DNA of 64,000 nucleotides from Candidatus Tayloriibacteriota bacterium (GCA_037129895.1 JBAXUB010000003.1:2699-66698), one strand, 5' to 3'; shown: positions 47,122 through 57,668, counted from the stretch's first letter. A program made the numbers and translations. The notes: generated by a model not told the origin, from the sequence alone.

Positions 47122-47214
47122 AAACGTCTGATCTTGGTGCGGAGTAGTATTAAGGTAGGTGTTACAAAGAATCTGGTATAATGATATTGTGATGGCACAA
47201 GTTTAATAACCACA

Positions 47215-48141
47215 ATGGGAGACTATATTTCGAGAATTGAATCAATCAAGATATCTTATCCAGACTTAAAGGATGAGAATTTTGTGCCTGCAAAAAGTGG
47301 TACTCATCATGCAGTATTTATATCGAAAAATTTTGTGATCCGTTTCAGAGATGATAATCCGAGTCTACTTCAGCGAGAAGCGAAGCTTCTAGAAACGATT
47401 TCAGATACGCTGGTTCCAAAAGTTCTGTGGAAGAATTTTGAAGAAAAAGTGGGTGTCATCGTGGAAAATCGCTTACATGGAGAGAATATTAGTTTGGTAT
47501 GGAAATCATTATCAGTACAAGAAAGATCTAAATTAGTAAGTGGGTTAGTTGAATTTATTGGGAAACTTAGAAATATTGTGGGGAACAGGGTGTCTTCTGT
47601 TAGTAATGGTAAAGAGTATTCAAATTTTATTGATTTATTGCTTGATGGAGTACAGGAAAAGATTTCAAAGATATCTGAGTTCGATAAGGCTCGTGCCGTT
47701 ATTGCCGAAATTGAGCAGACTATTTCAGGTCAGGATATGATTGGGGATTTGTTTAATGGGTCAAAGATTTCGCTGATTCATGGTGATTTGATCAATCATA
47801 ATTTGTTGTCTGATGGTGGCAAACTCACTGGTGTTTTAGACTGGGAATTGGCTTGTTATGGTGATCAGGATTTTGATTTGTTTAGGCTTTTCTACTATCG
47901 TGAATGTGCCATGGCTTATCACGGTCAGGGTGTTGATGATACTTATGAATCTGAATATATGGATATTCTGATTGAAGAAATATACAAGTCAGGTCTAATA
48001 GGTGACGATAATATTTTTCAAAAAAAATATGCCTTTGTACGAGCAATCTTTTTTGTTAATGCACTATATTGGGATGTTTCATCCAATAAGGCGGAGGAAA
48101 ATCTCGCGAGTACTATAAATTTGTGGTTTAAGGGTAAATAA
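47215..48141 (+). CDS. Aminoglycoside phosphotransferase (APH)/choline-kinase family kinase
   Basis: It carries 'IHGDLINHNLL...VLDWELACYGDQDFDL', the Brenner/HGD motif plus a DxD motif. Confidence 0.6.
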   Translation: MGDYISRIESIKISYPDLKDENFVPAKSGTHHAVFISKNFVIRFRDDNPSLLQREAKLLETISDTLVPKVLWKNFEEKVGVIVENRLHGENISLVWKSLSVQERSKLVSGLVEFIGKLRNIVGNRVSSVSNGKEYSNFIDLLLDGVQEKISKISEFDKARAVIAEIEQTISGQDMIGDLFNGSKISLIHGDLINHNLLSDGGKLTGVLDWELACYGDQDFDLFRLFYYRECAMAYHGQGVDDTYESEYMDILIEEIYKSGLIGDDNIFQKKYAFVRAIFFVNALYWDVSSNKAEENLASTINLWFKGK

Positions 48142-48187
48142 AAAAGGGCCATGAACTAGTCGTGGCCCCGCTGAAAGTTGGGTAAAC

Positions 48188-48280
48188 CTACTTACAGCTA
48201 GTTCGTCTCCCAAAATGTTCCGAACCACCACGTGGTGGGGTTAATTTCGAGATGCGAATCTTTTTTGTTTTGATTTTCAT
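48188..48280 (-). CDS. Candidate 30-aa peptide MKIKTKKIRISKLTPPRGGSEHFGRRTSCK (unannotated small ORF)
   Basis: Translated by hand. It has an AGGAA RBS 6 nt upstream, lies immediately downstream of the rSAM gene on the same strand, and has a single C-terminal Cys. It also contains the 14-bp palindrome ccaccacgtggtgg. Confidence 0.2.
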   Translation of the reverse strand: MKIKTKKIRISKLTPPRGGSEHFGRRTSCK

Positions 48281-48305
48281 AATTTCCTTTGTCTAGAGAT
48301 TACTC

Positions 48306-49742
48306 TTACCCGGTGCTTGTGTCAAGCTCCTGTGACTTTAGGTGCTCGATTATCAATGCGTCTGTTATCTCTCGATAGAATTCGCACTGGCTTGTAAAGA
48401 TCTTGTTGTCTTGGAAAGACCCACTTTTTGAAGAGAATTCTCGAGTAACTTCGCATTGGCCAGCACAGGCGCACTCGATTTGGCATCCTATACAGACCTT
48501 GTCGGTCCCAGGGTATCTCGCTTTCACAAGTCGTGAAAGATTGTTGTTACTCTCAAATAGCTTATCGAAAGTATTTACATGACCAATTCGACTGGTTGTA
48601 TGACTGCAGACTTTAATACTTCCGTCAGTGTTGAATTCAAGCGACTTTCCTTGGACGGCTGCACAGAATGTATGCGTCTCTGTGAGGAGGTTTCCGCTAG
48701 TAAGATTCCTGTAGGCACTGTCCCATGTACCGAAGAAGTTTATGCCAATTGCGTCAGCGTACTTTTTTAGGCACATAAGCTTACTTACTTTTTCCTTTGT
48801 CGGCACATTGTGGAGTCCTATCAGATCGTAATCAAACGCGATAGACGTCATCTGTCGATTGGCTGCCCAGTCGATTATGTCTGTTCCAATAGAATCAAAG
48901 TTGTTCTGCGCCACAGTTATACTAAATCCGTCCAAGGGGTACCCAATATGATCTAGAAGGTCGATATTTTTTACAATTGCGTCAAATGTTCCTCGTCCTT
49001 CGTTTGTTATGCGTATAGCATTGTTGGCGATTTTAGTGCCGTCTAGAGATGTAGCGATGCGAACCTTAAATTTCTTCAGGGTATGTGCTATGTCGGACGT
49101 TAATAACGTAAGGTTTGTATTAATAGTGAATTCAAACGAGATGTCCGAAATAGAGTCACAGTAGTGTAGTATTTTAGCAATAGTTTGCCAGTTGAATAAT
49201 GGTTCTGCATTGCCGAAATGAATCTTGCAGTGATTTCGGTTGTGATCTCGTAGTAGTGCAATAAATCCGTCTATACATATTTTTGCGGTTTCCCATGTCA
49301 TGTTGAGTCCCGGTAATGGTCGCCTATACTCAGTAATTTTTTCTTGCGTCTCCGAATCCTTCTGGAAATGGATACAATGTTTGCAGGCTAGGTTGCACCA
49401 GTCACTAATAGCTAAACCCATTCTATCTACGGTCCGTCCACTAGCCAGTTCAAGTAAGTATTTTGATCGATTTTGAACTAGTATAAGTCGTTCGTCTTGG
49501 CCAGGGATGATGAGGAAAGATAATTGCTTGAAGTTTTCAAGTAGTTCTCTAGGGTCGTCATCGCACTGTTCGACAATAGCAATTAAAGTTTGTGGCTTCA
49601 AAAACAAGTTGAGAAAATTAATTCCTTCTGCATTCAGGATTCTGGGATTTCCGAACAGTTTGTGGTAAACCAGGGTTGAATTGGAAGACGGCTCTTTAAC
49701 ATAGCGTAAGAATGGAGATAGTTGATATTTTGAATCTTGCAT
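48306..49742 (-). CDS. Radical SAM/SPASM-domain peptide maturase with N-terminal RRE (PqqD-like) domain
   Basis: The rSAM motif is CNLACKHC (Cx3Cx2C), and the SPASM region reads 'CIGCQIECACAGQCE'. The N-terminal stretch 'ILNAEGINFLNLF...TLIAIVEQ...DPRELLENFKQLSFLI' is PqqD/RRE-like. Confidence 0.75.
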   Translation of the reverse strand: MQDSKYQLSPFLRYVKEPSSNSTLVYHKLFGNPRILNAEGINFLNLFLKPQTLIAIVEQCDDDPRELLENFKQLSFLIIPGQDERLILVQNRSKYLLELASGRTVDRMGLAISDWCNLACKHCIHFQKDSETQEKITEYRRPLPGLNMTWETAKICIDGFIALLRDHNRNHCKIHFGNAEPLFNWQTIAKILHYCDSISDISFEFTINTNLTLLTSDIAHTLKKFKVRIATSLDGTKIANNAIRITNEGRGTFDAIVKNIDLLDHIGYPLDGFSITVAQNNFDSIGTDIIDWAANRQMTSIAFDYDLIGLHNVPTKEKVSKLMCLKKYADAIGINFFGTWDSAYRNLTSGNLLTETHTFCAAVQGKSLEFNTDGSIKVCSHTTSRIGHVNTFDKLFESNNNLSRLVKARYPGTDKVCIGCQIECACAGQCEVTREFSSKSGSFQDNKIFTSQCEFYREITDALIIEHLKSQELDTSTG

Positions 49743-49924
49743 AAGATTTGTTCATTTGTTTGATTGTCAGAGATCGAATAATAAAGACGTTGTCTATATA
49801 TGTACTCGTTTAGTTCTACTACTAATGCACAAAATGTCAATAGGTACTAAATGTGATCGTAGGGGAGGGATCCTGTTGCCGTAGTTGTGTCTATGTGGTT
49901 ATATTGTTACAATTTTTGCATAAA

Positions 49925-50569
49925 ATGCCATCAAATATGATTTATAGATTAAACAGTGAAGTCAATAATAATCTCCAGGATGTTTGCTCTATAGCGCACA
50001 AAGAGCTTGATGAATTTTTTGGTATCAATTGGGTTAGGAATCTACCTCGTCTAATTATTGTAAATGATAGGAAAACAATCGATGGATTGTTTGGTAAAAA
50101 AACAGAGGCGTGGACAATAGGTTGGTCGGAAAATAACAATATCTATGTTCTCGATAAGAATAAGTTTTCTGAGGAAAGCGATCATAAGGAGTATACTGAT
50201 GATGAATATGCCGTGCTCGTGAAGCATGAAATGAGCCATTCATTTTCGAAAATATTAGCAAAAGGGGAAGTGAAGCCTAAATGGCTTTGGGAGGGTATTG
50301 CTGTATATACTTCAGGTGAGAACAAAGCGCGGATTAGACCTACAGAGTTTAAGCAATTTCTTGACTTTTTCGATGAAGGCGGTAAGGGTGTGTACGTAGA
50401 GGCCGGTTTTGCAATTCAACTTCTTGTCGAAAAATTTGGTAAACAAAAAATATTGGATTTGATAAAGATCTCATCCACATTTACGACGAGGGATGATTTC
50501 AATCTTGCGTTCAATTCGAGCTTTGATTTTGAGCCGACGTATGAGGAATTTAACAGGTTACTTTATTAA
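49925..50569 (+). CDS. Putative zinc metallopeptidase (HExxH)
   Basis: 'VKHEMSHSF' is an HExxH motif, with a downstream Glu in 'WLWEGIAVY'. It is divergent from the rSAM gene. Confidence 0.35.
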   Translation: MPSNMIYRLNSEVNNNLQDVCSIAHKELDEFFGINWVRNLPRLIIVNDRKTIDGLFGKKTEAWTIGWSENNNIYVLDKNKFSEESDHKEYTDDEYAVLVKHEMSHSFSKILAKGEVKPKWLWEGIAVYTSGENKARIRPTEFKQFLDFFDEGGKGVYVEAGFAIQLLVEKFGKQKILDLIKISSTFTTRDDFNLAFNSSFDFEPTYEEFNRLLY

Positions 50570-51029
50570 GTCTTTCAACATGCTTTTCCAGTTCCTTTAG
50601 TGTCCCTATATTATATTTCTTTCTTTCTGCGTCACTAGTTCGTGGGTCGACAGGCAGTAGTCTCCACATACTTTTTGAATTTTTCTTTTTATACTGGGTG
50701 CCAAATTTTTGCTTCCCACTTTTTTTGAGAAGTAATCTGTCCAAACACATGGCATACAAGGATAAAGCTTTCTTATACCCCAGTTTATAACTAATTTTAG
50801 AAAGTCTGACAGCCTTCGTTGAGTCTTGGATACTTGAACCATGATGAAATATCATCGCTGCATGATAGTAGTCATCTGCGGATACAAGCATTTTTTTGGA
50901 AATAAGATCACAAACTAACTTTTTTCTTTCTCTATCACATTTTGATAGCAACGACGCATCATTACATACTATTTTGTCATGACGATCTTTTTGGTCACTA
51001 TTGAATATTTTTTTCAGCGGTTTATTCAT
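50550..51029 (-). CDS. Hypothetical protein
   Basis: A 159-aa ORF with no recognisable domain. Confidence 0.3.
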   Translation of the reverse strand: MNKPLKKIFNSDQKDRHDKIVCNDASLLSKCDRERKKLVCDLISKKMLVSADDYYHAAMIFHHGSSIQDSTKAVRLSKISYKLGYKKALSLYAMCLDRLLLKKSGKQKFGTQYKKKNSKSMWRLLPVDPRTSDAERKKYNIGTLKELEKHVERLNKVTC

Positions 51030-51152
51030 AAGTTGATTCTATCATATAGAGTATTATTACTCGAAAGACGTAATGGTGCTAATTATAGTTATCCACAGCT
51101 ATATGTAGATATTATCATTTATCATATTGATAAATACTGATATTATGAGTAA

Positions 51153-52802
51153 ATGTCTAAATATATATCACACTTTAAGCCGACCGCGTCTGGTCTAGAT
51201 ATACTTATTAGTGGTAGGATTTTGGCGCCGGGGGAGAAGCCATATCATATGGTAGAAAGGGTTGTTGGTGCACTCGTTGGCATAGAGGAGCATTTTGGTA
51301 CAAATGAACAAGAAATGAATATCATAGCTCAAGAACTTGGAAGCATGATTGATGATCGTCATATCGTGTTGAGTACTCCGATAATGACCAATGCAGGGAG
51401 GTATTTAAACAGACCACTGTCCGCCTGTACTGTACCATTGCTTGATTTGGCTCATGATGACATCAATCACATTTGTAAAGTTATAACAAATATGCACGAG
51501 GATGGTATGGGAACGGGTTTTTGTCTTGATCATTTGGATGATCCTGTGGGTATGTTGAGAAAACTCAATGATATAGCTTTACAAAGTTCACGATCGGGTA
51601 AAGAAGACCGTCCTGTAGGAAACATGGCCACTTTGCGTTTTGATAGTGCGCATATTCTGGAATTTATCCGAGTAAAAATCGGAGCAGATCAAAGAGGTGA
51701 GGCATGGAAATTCAACATATCAATTGATTGTGGGTATGATTTTTTTGATAAAATTGAGAAAAATGATTTTATAACAATGTCGGATGGTTCAAGGTGTCAA
51801 GCTCGCTATATATTTGATGAAATTGTAAATGCAGTGCACTTGTGCGCTGAGCCAGGTTTAATTTTTATTGACAGAATGGAAGCTGACAATCCCACTCCGT
51901 GTGTTGGCCATTATCTTACTACTGCACCTTGTGCAGAAGTCGGTTTGACTTCTGGGGAGTCATGCCAATTTGGTTATCTAAATCTTGCGACGTTTATTGA
52001 AGCTGACGGTAAACTTGATGTAGATAAACTGAAGAAAGCCACGCGTCTTATAACTAGGATACTCGATAATGCCCTTGAAATCTCTATTCAAAACTATACT
52101 GAGATGGCTAATCGTATAATTGCGTCTAAGAAAAGGAAAATTGGTATAGGTGTTTGTGGGTTAGCTGATGCATTGATAAAATCGAAGTTGTTATATTCTT
52201 CTCCCGAGGCTCGTGAGTTTGCATTTGATATTATTACTTTGATTAATTTTGAATCTAAGAAAGCTTCTTATGAACTTGCTAAGAATCGTGGTTCCTTCGG
52301 TGCCATGTCGGAAATGATAGGTAATCGTCATATTGAGAATCCATCTTTCATTGACTGCCGTTATGGGTCACTTGAATCTAAGTACGTTGGGATGGAGGAA
52401 TGGTCTCTACTCTCCGAAAAAATTAGATCGAATAAGATGTTACGTAATGCCTCAACAATCGCTTTGCCACCCACTGGTAGGTGTGCGTTGGTATTTGGTG
52501 CATCTGCTGGTATAGAGCCAATCTTTTCAAAGGACTTATATAAAGTTGTGAATCCTGATTTATTGAGTAATTTGTATCAATATATAGAAACAGCTAATCA
52601 AATAAAACCAATAGATCATTTACGCATAACGGCGGCGTTGCAAAGAGGTGTAGATGAATCAATCTCTAAAACGATCAATATGGTTTCGGATATCACAAGA
52701 GAGGAGATAGGGGAATTGTATAAAGCAGCTTGGAATTTTGGTTTAAAGGGAATAACGGTCTATCGAGAGGGTTCTAAAGTGATGCAGCCAAATAAACTCT
52801 AG
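51153..52802 (+). CDS. Ribonucleotide reductase catalytic subunit (short, class II-like)
   Basis: It carries 'STPIMTNAGRYLNRPLSACTV', 'TAPCAEVGL' (thiyl-radical Cys loop) and 'GASAGIEP'. No beta-subunit gene is adjacent. Confidence 0.5.
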   Translation: MSKYISHFKPTASGLDILISGRILAPGEKPYHMVERVVGALVGIEEHFGTNEQEMNIIAQELGSMIDDRHIVLSTPIMTNAGRYLNRPLSACTVPLLDLAHDDINHICKVITNMHEDGMGTGFCLDHLDDPVGMLRKLNDIALQSSRSGKEDRPVGNMATLRFDSAHILEFIRVKIGADQRGEAWKFNISIDCGYDFFDKIEKNDFITMSDGSRCQARYIFDEIVNAVHLCAEPGLIFIDRMEADNPTPCVGHYLTTAPCAEVGLTSGESCQFGYLNLATFIEADGKLDVDKLKKATRLITRILDNALEISIQNYTEMANRIIASKKRKIGIGVCGLADALIKSKLLYSSPEAREFAFDIITLINFESKKASYELAKNRGSFGAMSEMIGNRHIENPSFIDCRYGSLESKYVGMEEWSLLSEKIRSNKMLRNASTIALPPTGRCALVFGASAGIEPIFSKDLYKVVNPDLLSNLYQYIETANQIKPIDHLRITAALQRGVDESISKTINMVSDITREEIGELYKAAWNFGLKGITVYREGSKVMQPNKL

Positions 52803-52813
52803 TAGTATTTCAC

Positions 52814-53404
52814 CTAGAATCTGGATTTTTCTCGCATAAGTATATTTGTAATGCTTTTTTTCACGATCATGTCCTTTTTTATACCGTGCTTATCTAAAAA
52901 TATAATCAAATCATTTTTTGCTTTTTCAATATTGTTGTGGTTGGTCATCATTTCTACTTCTATAGCTGGTTGGAAATTATGGATATCCTCTAGACACACC
53001 TCGACGCCATGATCGTGGAATGAATATCGTTTTTTACGAAGTTCAAAAAATTTCTTAAATCCTATCGAGTTAAGTATTCTCTCAGCCTCAGTAAATGATG
53101 AAATATTTATTTCATGTTCTAACCACGCATTATGATCACCTTCAGATTGGATGACCTTCGTATTCATACTGCTGTTTTCCTTATCAGAATCTTGTTCACA
53201 GCGAAGCCTCAGACTATATGAGCCCACTTTATCCATCTCTATTTCCTTGAAAGATGTTACTGATTTGGCGCAATAATATGCGTCAGTTATTGAGAGTGGT
53301 TTTATGGTCTTTTTAATAGAGTCACGCGCTTCTGCAAGAAATTTATCGAAGATGTCTCGCGAAATTAGTGCTCTGAATTCTACCTCATGTTTATGATCTT
53401 TCAT
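52814..53404 (-). CDS. CYTH-like domain protein
   Basis: It has an N-terminal 'HEVEFRAL' (ExExK/R-type) and matching size. Confidence 0.35.
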   Translation of the reverse strand: MKDHKHEVEFRALISRDIFDKFLAEARDSIKKTIKPLSITDAYYCAKSVTSFKEIEMDKVGSYSLRLRCEQDSDKENSSMNTKVIQSEGDHNAWLEHEINISSFTEAERILNSIGFKKFFELRKKRYSFHDHGVEVCLEDIHNFQPAIEVEMMTNHNNIEKAKNDLIIFLDKHGIKKDMIVKKSITNILMREKSRF

Positions 53405-53468
53405 TATGGGATCATATTAGCATTTTTATGGGCTAAAAAAAAGCGACCCAGATGAGGTCGCTATTGAA

Positions 53469-54035
53469 TTATCGTGAGCGGCTAATTATGGAATTAATGA
53501 TTTCAGCACATATTGACGCACAATCGTCTTGTCCTATTATTCCGGTATTAAGCGCTATAAATGGCAGATTGTACTTTAGAATATTTCTGTAATAGGCCAA
53601 TGAAATAGTTTCCTGCTTATCGATCATATTCCGATCGCGTATTGATAATCCACGTTGATGCATCCTCTGTAATTGTATGTCGATATGCATTGAAAGAAGG
53701 ATTGTCAGGTCTGGCTCTATGATATCTTTAAAATCTGATCGTCGTACAGGTACGCCAATAATTTCATGGTAGATAAAAGTCGTTAGCCAATAGCGATCAA
53801 CAACAACATGTTTACCTTCAGCCAATAGTTTTCGGATATATTTGGATGTTTCGATGACTCCTGTTTTATAGTAGGCGTATTTTTCCGCAGGAGACGCGCT
53901 TTTATCGATAAGTTTGCGAGATTTTTCATAATGATCTGGTGGGGTCTTGCAAGAAACTGCCCCAATTATGTCAGAGAGTAAAGGACAAAGTGTTGATTTA
54001 CCTGTCCCGTCTGCACCTTCTATTACAATGAACAT
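53469..54035 (-). CDS. tmk: Thymidylate kinase
   Basis: It carries 'MFIVIEGADGTGKST' (P-loop), a DRY-like 'VVDRYW' and a lid region. Confidence 0.85.
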   Translation of the reverse strand: MFIVIEGADGTGKSTLCPLLSDIIGAVSCKTPPDHYEKSRKLIDKSASPAEKYAYYKTGVIETSKYIRKLLAEGKHVVVDRYWLTTFIYHEIIGVPVRRSDFKDIIEPDLTILLSMHIDIQLQRMHQRGLSIRDRNMIDKQETISLAYYRNILKYNLPFIALNTGIIGQDDCASICAEIINSIISRSR

Positions 54036-54112
54036 AGTCGTAGTCTTTCTGCTGTTAGACCTGCTGATGAGGCAGCTAGGCTTCCATACTTATAATAAAT
54101 CAAAAAAAGTAA

Positions 54113-54661
54113 TTGTCAATAGCTTGTGTTGACTTTATGCATTTTATGAGATATGTTACATATGAATCGTACATTAAAATTATGAAATTATTGTTTCTTT
54201 ATGATGATCTCGTGGAACTCCAAAGACGTTACAGTGTTCTGAAGAAAAAAAACCGAGAGGCGGGTATTGCATGCGGTGAGGCTTCTGATCAAGGGGAATC
54301 ATTCGCGGGACATGATAATGCTCCGTTCGAAGCCGCTATGCTCGAAATGAATATTTCATCGCGCCAACTTGGGGACATCGAACTAATGCTCAGTAAGGCC
54401 GAAGAGTGTATTCCTAAGCCAAACGATGGTACAGTTCAGTTTGGACGTTTGGTTTTGATTGATGATGTATCTTTGAATGAAAAGACGTGGTATCTCATAG
54501 GGAGTCCTTGGACAACAATAAATGGCGACGGTCTTACTAAGGATGATCCTATGTCAACGTCATACATAAGTCCTATTGCGCGGGCTCTTTCAGGGCATAA
54601 GGTTAATGATAAAGTTTTGTTTCAGAATAAACGTGAGTTGAGAATTCTCGAGATTTGTTAA
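54113..54661 (+). CDS. GreA/GreB-family transcription elongation factor-like protein
   Basis: The C-terminal FKBP-like signature 'YISPIARALSGHKVNDKV' is present, with an N-terminal coiled coil. The likely start is ATG 54182. Confidence 0.5.
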   Translation: MSIACVDFMHFMRYVTYESYIKIMKLLFLYDDLVELQRRYSVLKKKNREAGIACGEASDQGESFAGHDNAPFEAAMLEMNISSRQLGDIELMLSKAEECIPKPNDGTVQFGRLVLIDDVSLNEKTWYLIGSPWTTINGDGLTKDDPMSTSYISPIARALSGHKVNDKVLFQNKRELRILEIC

Positions 54662-54703
54662 TCCATGGGTCGGTGCTACTTAAAGGTGAGTAGCATTTTT
54701 TTA

Positions 54704-56389
54704 TTATACCGCCACCCCAACCACCACCTTCACCCCTTTGTGAAGTCCTTCTGACCCAATAGTTAGCTCACCTTTATGCGCCCTCACAATAGCTCTTGCA
54801 ACAGACAACCCTATACCCATGCCGCGAGGATTGACGGTCATGGCTGCAGCACTTCTGTAATAGTTCTTTTTGAATAACTTCTCTCTGTCTAGGGAAGTTA
54901 AGCCGATGCCGGTATTTTTCACGACGATCTCAAAGTAGCCGTCTCTCGAATCAGTTGTAACTTCTATCGTACCGCCATCAACATTGTATTTGATTGCATT
55001 CTCTAGAATGATGAGTAGAACTTCACGCATCTTGTGTGCATCGATCTGTAAATCTGGCCAGATGTTGGGCTTTCCATTCTCTACGGTCAAATGCATCTTT
55101 TCTATATCGATCCGCAATTCGTCGAGTACATCTTCGGTCAACAGCCCGAGATTACCAGTTCCAATATTCAATATCTGCGAGCCGACTTTGAGTGTCGTAA
55201 TATCTAGGAAATCATCAACGATCTTACTCAATCGTGTTGCTGTCGCGTCTGTGTCCTCTAGGGATCTCGTAAGTTTCGCGCTCAATCGTCCATTGTCTCC
55301 AGAAAGTGTTGCAGCAAGGTCATTCTTGATCCTAGTCACTGGCGCCCGCAGATGGTGCTGAGTGATCATGATGAATTGGTCCTTGGTTTCATTGAGCTTT
55401 TCCAGATCACGTCTTGCATGCTTCTCGAGTTCGTATGCCTTGCGAATCTCTGCGGTCTGCTCAGCGACTTTTTCCGCGAGGGTGGAATTGAGGGTGGTGA
55501 GTTGGGCTGTCTGTTTGATGCCATTAGTAACAGATTTATACAAAAAGTAGCATAGTGTTGTGACCGCTATAAATAGAATAATACGTCCGTATATACCAAA
55601 AATGTAATCTGTAAAAATATTTATTACAGACATCGTTGCCATTGAAATTATCAATACCTTTGCTATTGCTATTTGTACATTCATTTGACGATAACGTGCA
55701 ATTGAATATGCAACAATAAAAATCCAAATTGCACCGAATATTGGTCCTGCCCAGTTCAGTCTATATTCTCCAAGTGAAGGTAGAAAAATATTGGCCATTG
55801 TCGGCGGAATTATGCCAAGTAATAGCGCAATAAACATATTTCTTAAGTTTGACTTTGATTTATCATTTGCAACCCTATAGGAATTAAATAAATGATAAAG
55901 TGATATTGTCCATAACAGGTAGAAAGAGACATCAAATACAAAGTTCCACGGCCCAAACGTCCACGCCCAACGGCCAAGACTAGCTATTTGATAAACACCT
56001 GATATAAATGTGTCGGTAAAATAATATAAATATGCAAAAATGGTAACAGCAATGACTGATAAAGCTACAGATTTTTTTGATGGAATAATATCGTTTGGGT
56101 ATATTATTGAAAAATAGTAGAAACCCAAAGCGATTATTATACCAAGTAGGTATTGGGTTCGCATCAGAAAGTCAGCAGTAATAGGGTCGGCTGTCGATAT
56201 AAGAAAGCCCTGAGATAGAACCCAAAGAGCTGTGACAAATGAAAATAATGCAAACACACGAGAAGATAGGTCTTTACTGCCGATTAGAATAACAATATCT
56301 AGATTAATGATTAAAATTGCAATAGTCCAAATTGTAATTATAATTGGAGTTATTTCCATATGTGGATTATATACCAATTTAGGCAGCAA
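54704..56389 (-). CDS. Sensor histidine kinase with multi-TM N-terminal domain
   Basis: It has ~7 TM helices, the H-box 'ITQHHLRAPVTRI', and HATPase_c G boxes 'NTGIGL...GMGIGLSVARAIV'. Confidence 0.8.
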   Translation of the reverse strand: MLPKLVYNPHMEITPIIITIWTIAILIINLDIVILIGSKDLSSRVFALFSFVTALWVLSQGFLISTADPITADFLMRTQYLLGIIIALGFYYFSIIYPNDIIPSKKSVALSVIAVTIFAYLYYFTDTFISGVYQIASLGRWAWTFGPWNFVFDVSFYLLWTISLYHLFNSYRVANDKSKSNLRNMFIALLLGIIPPTMANIFLPSLGEYRLNWAGPIFGAIWIFIVAYSIARYRQMNVQIAIAKVLIISMATMSVINIFTDYIFGIYGRIILFIAVTTLCYFLYKSVTNGIKQTAQLTTLNSTLAEKVAEQTAEIRKAYELEKHARRDLEKLNETKDQFIMITQHHLRAPVTRIKNDLAATLSGDNGRLSAKLTRSLEDTDATATRLSKIVDDFLDITTLKVGSQILNIGTGNLGLLTEDVLDELRIDIEKMHLTVENGKPNIWPDLQIDAHKMREVLLIILENAIKYNVDGGTIEVTTDSRDGYFEIVVKNTGIGLTSLDREKLFKKNYYRSAAAMTVNPRGMGIGLSVARAIVRAHKGELTIGSEGLHKGVKVVVGVAV

Positions 56390-56418
56390 TACATGTTGAT
56401 GTTTTATGCTATAATCCC

Positions 56419-57051
56419 TTGACTATGACATTCCTACGAATCTCCCAGTTTCTGACATGGCCAATAGCTTTTGTCTACTTTCATTTATTTTACCGTTTAC
56501 GTGTGAATGGTAGAGAAAATTTCAAGAACGTAAGCAGTCCATTCATCATCATTGTTAATCACTTCAGCTTCGTCGATAGTTTCTTGTTTCGTTTGATCCT
56601 CGGATTCGCTACGCCTCACTTACCGTTACGATTTATGGCTGTAGAAAAGTTCAGTTGGAGATGGTTGAATTTTCTATCTGACATAGGTGTTATCCCGTTC
56701 ATATATAGTATATTTGGTGTTTTCGTTGTTGTTCCCGGGTTAGGGCTTCATAAGAATTTGGAGAAGGCCAGAAAGATAATTGGTAAGAAAGGGAATATTG
56801 TTATATATCCTGAAGGTAAAATAGTAAAAGATAATGTAATAGCGCCATTCAAGTCTGGTGCAGCTGTTCTAGCTATAGAGACCAATACGCCGGTTGTGCC
56901 AGTTTCACTTCGACTCGGAAGGAGAAAGTGGGTGAGGAAGGAGCTGGTTGTGAATGTTGGGGAGGCTATGTTGGTGTCAAATGGCTCGAATATCGATGAG
57001 ACTGTAGCATCATTTTATCGATGTATACTTACTCTTTACAATAGGTCATAG
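56419..57051 (+). CDS. plsC: 1-acyl-sn-glycerol-3-phosphate acyltransferase family
   Basis: The HxxxxD motif 'NHFSFVD' and the motif 'YPEGKI' are present. Confidence 0.65.
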   Translation: MTMTFLRISQFLTWPIAFVYFHLFYRLRVNGRENFKNVSSPFIIIVNHFSFVDSFLFRLILGFATPHLPLRFMAVEKFSWRWLNFLSDIGVIPFIYSIFGVFVVVPGLGLHKNLEKARKIIGKKGNIVIYPEGKIVKDNVIAPFKSGAAVLAIETNTPVVPVSLRLGRRKWVRKELVVNVGEAMLVSNGSNIDETVASFYRCILTLYNRS

Positions 57052-57116
57052 ATAGTGAAAAAAGTCGGTGATCGAGCCGCATAGTTTTATACTTTTTGTA
57101 TGGTATAATATGTCGT

Positions 57117-57668
57117 ATGACATTACATAACAAAAAGATACTTGTGGGTGTGACTGGTGGTATTGCAGCATATAGAGCATGCAGTCTAGTTAGTCGTCTC
57201 CTAGGTGAAGGGGCTGAAGTTAGGGTTGTGATGACTGATAGTGCAAAAAAGTTTGTTACGCAACTGACTTTTCAAGCATTAACAAATCATCCTGTTTATG
57301 ATGATTTATGGAATATTAAGGATGAAAATTCGGTTGAGCATATTTCAGTTTCTCATTGGGCTGATTTGATAGTTGTCGCTCCTGTTACGGCAAATACTAT
57401 CGCTAAATTCGCCCATGGTATAGCGGATAATTTATTGACAACTATCGTGCTCGCGAGGTTACCAAATGTAAAAGTTGTTCTAGCTCCAGCCATGAATGTG
57501 AATATGTGGAATAATAGTATGGTTCAGAAAAATGTGGCGCTAATAAAAGACACGAAGGAGTTTATCGTCATTGAACCAAGGTCTGGTGTTTTGGCATGTA
57601 GAGATGAAGGTAAAGGTAAGATAGCTGATGTTGAAGATATTCTTGATATTGTGGTTAAGAGTATATAA
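57117..57668 (+). CDS. coaC: Phosphopantothenoylcysteine decarboxylase (flavoprotein)
   Basis: It carries 'KKILVGVTGGIAAYRACSLVSRL'. Start was set at the in-frame ATG 57117, downstream of the extended -10 at 57101-57109. Confidence 0.75.
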   Translation: MTLHNKKILVGVTGGIAAYRACSLVSRLLGEGAEVRVVMTDSAKKFVTQLTFQALTNHPVYDDLWNIKDENSVEHISVSHWADLIVVAPVTANTIAKFAHGIADNLLTTIVLARLPNVKVVLAPAMNVNMWNNSMVQKNVALIKDTKEFIVIEPRSGVLACRDEGKGKIADVEDILDIVVKSI

